DNA of 64,000 nt from Phoronis australis (Eukaryota > Animalia > Phoronida). Below are positions 48,082-60,200 of this stretch, piece by piece (the first letter of the stretch is position 1; the number at the start of each line of letters is the position of its first letter). The notes beneath the pieces are model-generated. The model saw only the letters and a program-made list of their open reading frames with translations, was not told the origin of the DNA and did no database searches. The stretch covers positions 454,924 through 518,923 of the forward strand of contig NMRA01000055.1 in NCBI GenBank assembly GCA_002633005.1. The letters run 5' to 3'. Both the position numbers and the translations under genes were made by a program.

Positions 48082-48230
48082 TTACTCAATGATTTCTTGC
48101 ACTGTTGACAATCCAAAGAGTAATAGACCGGAAGTGACATAAAATACCCCCAAACCAATGAGAAAGACCTCTGTTGTTTTCCGTAACTCAACATTTGCTT
48201 TGTCGATAACTGACTTGAAGAGACTTAATC
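48082..48230 (-). CDS. SLC38-like terminal exon (GLSLFKSV...LFGLSTVQEIIE*)
   Basis: cag acceptor, last TM helix, TAA. Confidence 0.88.
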
Positions 48231-51200
48231 CTGCAATGAAAATTATTTCCTTATAGCCATCATAAAACCAAAATTTGTTCACGAGATATTTGATAAAAAT
48301 TCCACATTTAGCTTATAATTATACACATTACTCAAATTTGGGTTGATAAAGATCTGAACTGACGTGATTGTTTGCTATTTGTAGGTAAACGGTATACACC
48401 GAAAATATACTTGTGGGGAATCCTTCTAAACGCGCCACACATAAACTAAATTGCTTAATTATCTTCATTTGAGGTATAATTAGACGTACCGAAGTCACTA
48501 AAAACGTAATCGTTAAAACTCCGACTTTATTGCTTTAATCTCGCTAAGTTGGTGGGTCTCATAATTTTACTCGATTGCGTCATAGTTGGTGTTTACTAAG
48601 AGTGGAACCGTACGATGATTTTCACAGTAAAACTTGAAAACTATGGGGAAACAGCGCTACCTGTTGACGGTAATGATAGACTTAGAAGGTTCCATGGGTC
48701 AATTAATGTGCAATTATGACTGAGTTTGACAGGAGTAAGCTTTGCTGCTTTCAAACAAAAACCAACAAGAAGTGGACGGAGTAAAAAGTGGTGGTGGCTA
48801 TCTGTTTTAAAGCTTAAAGCATTTTTAACAAGTTTGATATCGGAACTTATGGGTATGGAAAACCGTACGTAGACAGTTCTCCCTGTCAACCCTCTGCTTG
48901 CACTTTCTTAACTTTGATATACAGAGTAATATAATACACCCATAAAGAATTTGATTGTAAAAATTAGTTTAGACTTTAAAACATCAAAACAGCTTCATTA
49001 GTTATTTGGTAAAGAGGTTTACCTTGGTCTATAATTCAAATGTAAAACCATCTACGACGGAAGTCAACTTTACGATTAGAACAATGGGCGTACTCAGTGA
49101 ACTTTGAACACTTGAACTCGGTGAACTTTTGAACACCTGAACTCAAACAGCTGTTCAAGTTGAAACGTAACAACTAGTCCCGTTATTCAGTGGATGGAGG
49201 TACACCCAATCCATGCGCCGTAACACGGTTGAAGGTGTAACTGAAACGGTTGCCGTAACAACCTTCATTCGGGCGCATGCTATAAATTTATACCACGAAG
49301 CATGCACGCCTGTCGCTGCTACAAGTAAACGAGTAAAGGTTTGTTGTTTTATCGGGGTCATTTCAATCGTCAACATTACACTAAATAACATCCCTGCAAA
49401 CATTTCTCTATAAATAATATTCCAAGATCAAATGTGCAATAGCTCTTAGTTTTAGGAAAACTAGCAATCGGTGTATTGACCGACATCGTCCCAGCATTAG
49501 ATCCTTACTAGTATTTGGTACATACATCAAAATTTCGTAGATCAGGGCCCTTATTCATCCGAGAGGAAAGGTGTTTGTGCCTTCTGAGGGGAAATTTTCG
49601 AAGCGAGGGGAAATTTTACCTCCCCATCGACATTATTAGTATCACCCCCACCCTGTCAGCCTTCAATGGCCTCATAGGCTCTGCCTCAAGTAACCAAAAG
49701 TAACATCTTCTGGCCTTTCAAAGTGGCACCTGTGTGCGTTACAAGTGATTCGAACCTGGAGAGGAATTTTTCAATCACAGAGGGGAACGCAAACTTGAAA
49801 CGTAAGCAACCTCTGTTTGCTGCGTATACGAAATTACCTTGTGCATGCGCGGCATCGTGTTGCCAGGTAACTGGGGTCGCAGTTATTTGTGGTTGGACGT
49901 AAACACAGCAAATACAAGCACAAAATAAGACTTGTATGCAATTAAGCTACAAACAAAAACTTCATCTGCTATGAGCATTACGATGATTAGCCTATTTTCT
50001 TATTTCAAAAAGAATATTTCATGCGGTATGAATCAGTAAATGCTCATTTAAACTTTCAGCCATTTTTTTCATTGCTTCTAGAATAACATTGTATTTGTCA
50101 TACAGCGAGTGGTGCTATTTGCTTCAGTGCTTCCAGACTATCTTACGTTGTCTTGAACGTACAATTACATAGACTAATTTTCTGTGTTAATTAATAAAAT
50201 CAACTACGTTTCGATGATTTATTCTACATTGCAAACTCAGTCGTTGTTTAAGAATGATCATATGTGCGACGGAGATCTAGTTCACGTGCAGAAGGTGTGT
50301 GAAAACAGCGAAGAAAAAACGACCTTATTTAGAACATTCAAAGATGTTAAGTTTTAGTAATGTGTTTGTAAAACATTTTACCGATATGCCCATCTAATAG
50401 ATTGTGAACTGCGACATAGGTTTTGTTTTGCGATAATACAAATGCCCATTAGCTCACTGTGGTATTATTTCACATTAAATTGCCGAGGGCAAATGATCGT
50501 CTTACCTGGGAGAATGAAAGAACAAAACGATCCCATGCCTCCAGAAAGTGTCATGGCGATCATTAAATCCGGTACGGCTATGTAAATACCCAAAATCATT
50601 ATGTATCCAACCACTCCGATAAAAATACGGCGCTTTCGCTCTCTATGTATCGCCTCGTCAGGGGTCATTTTCCAGGCAGCTAACCACAAATCCTGGAGTG
50701 CGCTTCTACAAATCGAAATGAACGTCCATGAATTTCTCGTTTTCAAATCTAAGATATAAACAATAATAACAAACTTTCGGCAGTCAAATAACGTTTGAGT
50801 TAGCTCTTTAGGCGGCTTACAGTTGCACAATTTGTACAATCTGATCCTTTTCTCATTTGAGGAAGGATTTGTGAGTATGACTGCCATTTGCATGACGTAG
50901 AATTATACTCTTCGCTCCCTCCTTTCTCTCCCTTCCTCCTAACATAGCAAGTACAGATAATAACCGCTGATTGAACAGGACTCCTAAAGCTGAGTTACTA
51001 CAGAGACCGTGAGGAAAACTGTCCATGCGGCAACGAAGCAGACGGCACAGAAATGGTGTTTCGGACACATCGTGCTTATCGGCAGGTTTCGGTGTTGATC
51101 AATAGCAAGCAACTGAAAGTGCAGTTTCGAAGACTGAGAAAAGTGAACTTTTTCGCNTTTTGTTTTGCGATAATACAAATGCCCATTAGCTCACTGTGGT

Positions 51201-54200
51201 ATTATTTCACATTAAATTGCCGAGGGCAAATGATCGTCTTACCTGGGAGAATGAAAGAACAAAACGATCCCATGCCTCCAGAAAGTGTCATGGCGATCAT
51301 TAAATCCGGTACTGCTATGTAAATACCCAAAATCATTATGTATCCAACCACTCCGATAAAAATACGGCGCTTTCGCTCTCTATGTATCGCCTCGTCAGGG
51401 GTCATTTTCCAGGCAGCTAACCACAAATCCTGGAGTGCGCTTCTACAAGTCGAAATGAACGTCCATGAATTTCTCGTTTTCAAATCTAAGATATAAACAA
51501 TAATAATAAACTTTTGGCAGTCAAATAACGTTTGAATTAGCTCTTTAGGCGGCTTACAGCTGTCCAATTTGTACAATCTGATCCTTTTTTCGTTTGAGGA
51601 AGGATTTGTGAGTGTGACTGCCATTTGCATGACGTAGAATTATATTCTTCTCCCCCCCCCCCTCTCTCTCCCTCCCTCCTCTCCATTGCGACATAGCAAG
51701 TACAGATAATAACCGCTGACTCAACAGGACTCCTAAAGCTGAGTTACCCCAGAGACCGTGAAGAAAACTGTCCATGCAGCAACGAAGCAGACGGCACAGA
51801 AATGGTGTTTCGGACACATCGTGCTTATCGGCACGTTTCGGTGTTCATCAACAGCAAGCAACTGAAAGTGCAGTTTCGAAGACTGGGAAAAGTGAACTTA
51901 TTCGCAGGAAATGTACACCCCAGCTCACCACAACTGTTTTAGTACGTTATATCAGCTTGTGACAACGACGAGATTCGCCCGGTTTTGAAGCAATAGAAAT
52001 TTACTAGCTTCAAAGACTTGCACTTTTATTCGACATAATAAACACGTTACATGATGTCAGGAGTGGACCCGCCGCGAATCATACGACAAACACTTATTGT
52101 GAATCCGGGTAACTCCTTTGTGCCCATTCATTTAACTGGCAATGAACATTCCGAGTGTACGTGCTCCCGAACCACTTTCGGTAGAGACCGGAAATCCATC
52201 AGCTAGCTAGCTTAAGTGGCGACAGCAGTTCCTAATCTATTTAAAGGCCATTGGATGCGGCGGTAGCTCTGATGACCAAAAGGTTGAGCTGTTATTGAAG
52301 CACATTGGGGACTCGGCGTTAGCAAATTTCCATAATTTTGAATTTTTACCGCAACATACCGACGCATACGGCAACGAGGTGAAAGCTGAGAAATTGGACA
52401 ATTTTGATCCGGTGCTTCAAAAGTTTGATGAACATTTTGGGCAGCGTAGACATGGGACAAGAATCACGACACAGCATTTGCTAAGCTTATGGAAGAAATG
52501 GCATCGGACAGAATACTTGCACTGTACAACACCAAGCGTAGCACAATTGTTTCTGCACACGCAAGAGGCTCGGACTGAGTGCTTGCCTCATGCAAAGACA
52601 AGACGATGGTGAATTCAGCCCAGTTGCGTATGCGAGTCGATCGATGACCGACACGGAGAGATGCTGCGCGCAGATTGAAAAAGTAACATGGGCCATCGGC
52701 CAGAAGTCGGACATGCTCGTTGGACTTCAGTTCGAAGTGGAAACGAATCATAAGCCACTTGTACCACTCTTCTCGTAGAAGACTATTTATGATCTACCGA
52801 TCCGAGATCAACGATGTCGTATGAGCCTTATGCGATACATGTTCGGCATTGCTCACGTCCCTGGGAAAGTACTCGTTACAGCGGATGCTCTTTGACGAAT
52901 TCCCTTTACGAACTATGTGGCCAATACTGACAAGATTGACATTGGCGAAATTTTGAAGGAGACAGAAGTCTCTGTCAATGCAGTGATGATTTCCCGACCA
53001 ACAGATAAAAGTCTCGACTGAATACGTATGGAACTCCGTCACGACGACACTTTGAGAGCGGTGGTGCAGGGTGTCCTCGAAGGATGGAACAAGACAGTGA
53101 TGAGACCCTTTGAAGAAGTTTTTCTCCGAACGGTATTCGCTCTAATACCATGACAGATTACTGATGAAAGAAAAGAGACTGGTGATTCCGCCGAATTACC
53201 GCGAGGATGTCTTGTGCCTTCTGCACGACAGATTTCATGACAAGAGGGAGTATCATCAGTCTTCAGGAAGCACGTTCTCTCATCATTGAAACGTCAAACG
53301 AGGGACATGTACTCAGAAATAGGTCTCATGTGAAGAGGCTTGAACCTGTTCCAGAGCTTGGAAGCGTCACACCTGACCAGTCAAAACCGTTTTCAGACGC
53401 TGACGGTACAGAACGGTCCCCAGGAAGTGAAACTCACCACGCGTTACTCTCGGAACCCAACCAAGCCAAAAGAGACTCATTGAGGAGATGTGACAGTACA
53501 CTCTGACTTTTGTTTAAACATAGTTTAGTATGTCTATGTAAGGTTACTTTTCGACTAGTACATTTTTTTTCGAAGTGCTCAGACTGTTAATTGACTAAGA
53601 AAGGGGAGATGTAGTTGTACGTTACATCAGTTTGTGACAACGACGGGATTCACCCGGTTTTGAAGCAATTGAAATTTACTCACTTCAAAGACTCGTAGCT
53701 TTATTGGACATCATAAACACATTACAAGCCAACGGCTTTTTACTGTTGTCTCGTTTGTCCCAAAATTCCATGTGTGAGCACCCGAAGGCTGACCTACGCG
53801 CGGTAAGAATTGTCCCGAATCGTAATCCGTTATGAAGTAAGAAGTCAGTTCGAAGGACATTGAAGCGGTATTGAGAGCTGGTTACTAGCGAGTTTTGTAG
53901 AATCACGTTCCTAGAAGCCACCACCAACCTTAGAATAGACTAATTTTCAGCGCCTCAAAGATTCATAGTTCACGGGTTAGTATTGGTTGTTTATTCTCTG
54001 ATAACGGAATGGACTTTATTAGAGTTCAACGTGAATTGCAAACAGTCTGAAAGAAATTGACTTTAACAGCGTTCCGTTTACCATGTGGAAGACGCGAGCA
54101 TTGGCTGGAATTTAAGTCTGCCAACCGCTAGACAAACGGAAGAAAAGAGGAAAGGACAGTGTTTGAATAGTGACGCCAACAGTAGGTTGGAGAGGCTCTA

Positions 54201-57200
54201 ATTGATTCTAGGCCTCCAGTGGCGAGCGACGGGAATGACCTTGCACTCCTGGTCACATAGCACTCTGACATTGAGACCGTGCAAGTGTCGTTCAATCTCT
54301 AACAGGACATTTCCAGCGCCTTGATGTCTACATGGGCAAGTGTTGAAGTAACTTGGTCACATATTTTGGAAAAAACGTGGGAAAGGATACCTCTCATCAC
54401 TTCAAGATTGCCAACAGTGGACATCGAAAATTGGAAACGCTTGTGCTGGGGACGTAGTGTTCGTCAAGGACACCCATGTGTCAAGAAACGAATGGCTCAT
54501 GGGATGAGTATCAAGCAGTCGGAAAAGAAGAATAGAGGTTGGGAGATTTGAAAGAACGTTGTAGTATGATATGTTCACTTACTTAGAGACGTGGTGGGTT
54601 GTTTGCAGACGTTTCGACCGTGTAGTTAGACGTGTGATGGACAAGACGGTGTTGCATCTACATGTGGAGGGACAATGGTGAAGTTTGATGGAGACTAGTT
54701 GTGAATTGTGCGAGTATGGGTTTCGTTACTAGACTTCTTTATATTGTATGCTGGTGAAACAATTCTAAATATTGCTCCCGGAGAGTAACTTTCAGCGCAT
54801 ATTCATGTGAATTGAGAATACACGAGATGTTGCTAGACCGCCATCATTCTGAGCTCGTAATGGACTGACCGTTCGGAAGTGCTTGAGATTATGAACCACC
54901 GTGACAAGCCTAGTAATTGAGCTGGGTGTCAAGCAACAACAAACTCTCACTTCCTTCCAAGCCCAGGAATCCTGTGCCTTATTTTAACAGGGAACAACCT
55001 GGGACCAATGACCAATAACGGTAAGTGCTAGAAATCAAAAGACAGGTTTTTGACGGAAGCCAATTAATGGACGCTTTAAATGTCTCTAGGGGCAGTCGAA
55101 CAGACTCGAGACTCCATAAAACCTTCAATGCGCCAAGTATAAAAAATTAAAATAAGATTTTGTTCACTGCAGGTATTTGTTTACAGAGAAAGAACTGCTC
55201 AGTACTTTTGCTGTGTATTGTTGAAATTTTAGTAGAGATAGGTGGATGGCTTTCGTTTCTCCGCAGATGCAATGAATTAAAAATTGATTACCTGACACAA
55301 AGGAATACGACTGGGAACGCCAGGAAGCATTTCAGTGCCAAGACAAAGTAGGCGATGTAAATATCCACCGTGGGTGAGTATGACAAAAATATGTCCTTGT
55401 CGACGGAGTTTCCGAACGTAAGATAGCCAAAGACGGCGACGGATGTGCTGAACACGAGGCAGATGAGCATGGTAGCAGCAACGGTTTTTGCGGAGCCCGT
55501 TGTATTTCTCTCAGTCATAGCAGCGAGGACCGCGATTATCGAGAGGTGACTCTAGAAAGAAAATAAAATTCCGTAGTGAGTGGGTCTGACAAATGACAAG
55601 TCACCAAGTTAATGTTCTTGGAATTCAAGGTCCACAACCAAATAAGGAATGACAAAAATACAAGAATACACTAGTTCTGACGATGACCAACAGGTGTCAT
55701 GTTAATACAGAGACAGAGGTGAGATCATTGCTGTTACACTACCCCAGCTTTAAATGGAGCCACAGGCCACAGGCTGGATCAATCCAGGACAGAAGTGTCC
55801 CAAAAAACAGGAATGGACCTCATCAATCATTTAGAAAGCAATACACTATAAAATTCTTGCAAACGATTAAAACATCCGCGAGTAAGATCAACACGCACCG
55901 CGAGCAGTCGAATAGGTGTGGCCTTCACCCGAAACATGAACAAAAAGTCGATCAATTCCTATGCACTTCAAGTAAAAATATATAAACCCTAACATGCGTG
56001 TCTATGCAAATACTTACAAATTTACATCTGTAAGAAGATACTAAATGAAAAATATTTGAACACTGGTCCACAAAAAACTAGATTCAAGTTGAATAGTCTC
56101 GGCCTCAATCGCGACACTGGGCAAGGAAACCACCGCAGGTTCACTCGTCCCTGGAAAGGGTTGGGCTGAAGTCCCTCTTTACGTCGTTGGCTTCCGTCGC
56201 CTTTCCCTCACCGCCGTCGGNCGATCGGTGTAGACGTGTTCTTGGCGCCACAGGTTCGCCTACGTTTAAGAAGATTGTCCCGCATTCTTTGCAGGGGTAG
56301 GGCCGTTCCTTCACTCGCGGAAGCGCTGGGACCCGTTCTGCCGGTGTCTCTGACTCGCAGACTTACCACCTCTTCCGAACGCGGATGAAGCTCTCTGTAA
56401 AGAAACAACAAAATGGCGTCCAAAGTATGGGGACGAGAAACTTCGCCATAGGGCTCCATCGCGATCCTCCCTCACCTTTCCAAGTACACCATTATCCACA
56501 GCGTGGTTCAATCCAGGGTTGGACCTCAAGCGCTAAAAGTATATCCTTAACATAATGTTTAGGCTTTTTAATAACTCTGTCTCCCTTGTTCCTAATAGGA
56601 GTCGCGGCTACATCTTCAATATCCCCGGGGCCGCAAAAATCATTTGGAGGCGAGGAGTCTTGTCATCTTGCCCTTCTTGCTCCATCGCTTACAGCATAAT
56701 CCGAGGGTTCATGCACCCCTGCAGGGTGGCTGTGGATGCGTTCTTCACCGCTGTCATCTGCGTTGCCGTCAATTCTACCCTCGCACGGTTTCAAGGGCTC
56801 GACATGCCAGACCCTCTATGTATCTCGTACATGACGCCACTGGCCCTTAAACGGATGTTACAGTGGCCCGGCCAACCAAGCCCCAACTCAGTTCTGGTTC
56901 GCAGTCGGAAAACGAGATCACCTTCTTCAAAATGGCGGAAATTCTCTCTCCTGTAGTAATATTTCTTTTGGCGCCGAAAGCTGCCTCCCATATTATTTCT
57001 GGCAGTTTCCCATGCCAACTCCAAAGCGTCGCCCAGTCATTCAACGTAATCTGGTAAGCAGGAATCCAAGCACCGTCCTTCATTACGTCCACATGTAGAG
57101 ACGCCTTCCTACCAAATATCATGCGGTAAGGTGAGAGACAGCCATAAGCACGTAGGGTAGACGGTCATCCCAATCGCGCCTCTGTTTGTCCACGAAGATG

Positions 57201-60200
57201 ACCAACCTTCGTTGGAGTGTGAGGTTGAACCTTTTCACCATGCCACCCGATTGGAGTGTGTAGGGGGTAATCTAGGTCTTCTTTATACCTCTAAGCTTCC
57301 CCCAGAGCTCGACGAACAATTTACTTTCGAACTCCTTCCCCTGGTCGGTGTGGAGGTACTGAGGAACGCCAAATCGAGCAACAAACTCCGTCATTAGCTT
57401 GTCAGCTACCGTAAGTGCGGTATGATTAGGGATAGCATCCTGCTCGCTTAGGCGATCGCCTTCTTCTGTCCACCCTGCACCTGTGATAAGACGCCGGAAA
57501 TCCCCGTGGCCGACGCGTCAGTATCGAGAATGAACCTGCCTACCAGCTTAGGAACACAGAACTGGGTACTGCGTCATCTACACTTTCGGGCTATCGAAAG
57601 CCTCCTGATAAGAATTATCTCAAACAAAACAGCAATTTTCGTCGTTCATTTCGTCAAGGGAGCAGCGACAGTTAAAACGCCTTAATGAAGTATCTGCAAC
57701 AGGAAACTGCGTATCCGATGGGGAAGCGACTAGGCAGTGACTGCCTGTACCTTGCCTGAATCGCATGCCACGCCAGTCTCTGAAACTACATACCCCAGGA
57801 AATTAACATGGCGACAGGGCAGACTACACTTTTTGGTTTTAATCTTAGTCCCGCATCCCTAAGACGCTGGAATGCCAGACGCAAATCAAAAGACTTAGAA
57901 TAGACCAAAACATCGTCAACATACACCAAGTTTTCTGTAATCCACACAAAACCAATAGTCTCCTGGACCACGCTTCTTCACGAGTACCACACTGGAACTC
58001 CAGTGAGACTCACTTAGTTCAATAACCCTTACCGCTAATATTTATTGACCTCCGCGTCCACAGTTACCTACTGGATCAACAGAACCTTTCTAAGATGCGA
58101 CTTCAAAAGCTCACTGTTCCTAGTATCCAAGCTGTGTACCACAAGACTCTGTTTTTTCCGCTAAATTCCGCTACCAGGGTTCTAACCCTCCTTGTCTGTT
58201 AATTCAGGGGACAGATTCTCGGCATTCCGAGCCATCATCGGTTCCAAGTGCTGTCGCAACCATCTACACTGACAAACTCTCTCTCGGGAACGGACCGCAG
58301 AACGCAAAGTGCCCTCTTCTCCGACAAAAGATTGGTCGACTTCTCACAGAGTTGCAAAACGTCACCCCCGGGGTTGAGCTCAAATTACAAAAATGGTTTC
58401 TCAAAAAGCCTAAACCAAGAATCACCTGAGGATTAACGTCGGTGACAACAATGCACTGCCTCAGTCGCAAGCATGCTGCATCGAAATCAGCCACCACGCA
58501 GCTGTAGACCTAATCATTGATACGCGCCCCACTGGCGCCTGACATGAAATTAGAGTGAGTTTTAAGCAACTACTCAACTCGAAAACATCTCTGGATTTTA
58601 AGGAACAAGGTAAACCGCCGTCTATCAAAGCGGGAAATTTTCTTCCAAATAAATCGACAAAAAACAAACGGACATTCTACAAACCCGGTCGAGGCCTTGG
58701 CCGCAGACTCGAACGGTTACCCTTAACGTCTTGCATGATTCTGACTGTTCCTCTTCGAGCTTTTCTTGGGGACATTTACTGGCGATGTGTCCCTTTTGTC
58801 CTCAGTTGTAGCAACGGATTGGTCCACGGGGATTGCGGTCGACGAGCTGACGGTGAACTATCGCCAATGTCCTGTTAATCTCAGCCATCTCATCATGATC
58901 CGGCCTGTCAATTCGAACTCGAGTACATACGAAATGGCGATGTCCACGGACAACGGACTATTGAACTGAACTGCACGTGTATCCGCAGTGCCTGGTCGTT
59001 GAGACCATTGATCAACAACCAAAACTTCACGGGTGTCATTAGTTAACTCAGGGAACGCCAATGACGCTAGCCATTTCAGACTAAAATCGCAGTCCGAAAT
59101 AGTTTCAGTTTTCCCCCTCGCTCTGCCTCGGAATTCGCACCTGTGCGCGGCGACGCGTCTTACGCCGCTTTCAGCTTGGCACATTTTCTCCGACGCTTCA
59201 TCGTCGAGATCTCCTACGCCTGCACACAAGACCAGCTGAATGGCTGACTCCTGCTCTTCCCTACCATTTCATCTGTAATTTTTCTCGAATTGGCCATTCG
59301 CATGATTTGCCGTCGAAATGCTGTATGGCACTCATTCTTTGTGTTTCGGTGGAGCGAGCTAACGTGTGTTATTGGTGTTGTTTTGTTTTTTTTTTGGCCG
59401 TTGAATCCAGTTCTCCCCTGTCAGTCTGATTTAGAGTGGCCTGTTGCATATAGACAAATGACAACACTCTAGCACAAGAGATCTGTTGCGTGGACAGTCA
59501 ATGTATGGCATTTCGGGGAAGCGCTCTCGGTCATCATCCACCGAAACGATTTCAGGCAGAGGATCCGGCTCAACGTGATTTTCTGCCACCATAAACGAGA
59601 GAGTAAACCAACTAGACACATTTGACAAGAAGCGGGCCATTTTGGATGATGTACTTTGATGAAATCAGCAAAGTATAGAACGGACGAGCAATCACTATCC
59701 GATGAGTGGTTTCAATTGACGAGGTCAACTGGTGTTACCGTAAGGGCAAGACGCGGATCTCATACGACAACGGTAGTGCCAAACCCAGACGATCAGTTTT
59801 CAAAACCAGATCAGTACAAGACAACGGCTAAACATTACATCAACAGATTTAGCGAATTGTATACGAAGTCAAAAAGTGGACTACATTTACAGAATGGAGT
59901 ATATTTTTAATGACTGAAGTGAAGTGAACCACTGAAGGAGTTTCCCGAAAATGAGTCATATCTGTTTCTGTATTAACATGACACCTGGCGGTCATCGTCG
60001 GAAATCGTGTATTCTTTTATTCATACCTACTGTCGTACTGACGTAAAATTTCGGCTCAACTTTTGATGAATTTGTGACGGTTTTATAGGGTTGACAAAGG
60101 GGCGATTGTCGTGGGCCGCCTTTCTCTCAAGAGAGGAGACCGTCTGAAAGAGGCTCGTCATTATGACATGCTGTATAATTAAACAATGGGAAATGACTAG

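Larger units (their letters stand above)
50421..51904. repeat. ~740-bp tandem duplication joined by a single N (51157)
   Basis: 50421-51156 vs 51158-51904, a few percent divergent. Confidence 0.92.

Noticed and set aside
50195-50250. Minus-strand hammerhead-like ...cgaaacgtag
   Set aside because: CUGAnGA core absent; at most a degenerate PLE end.
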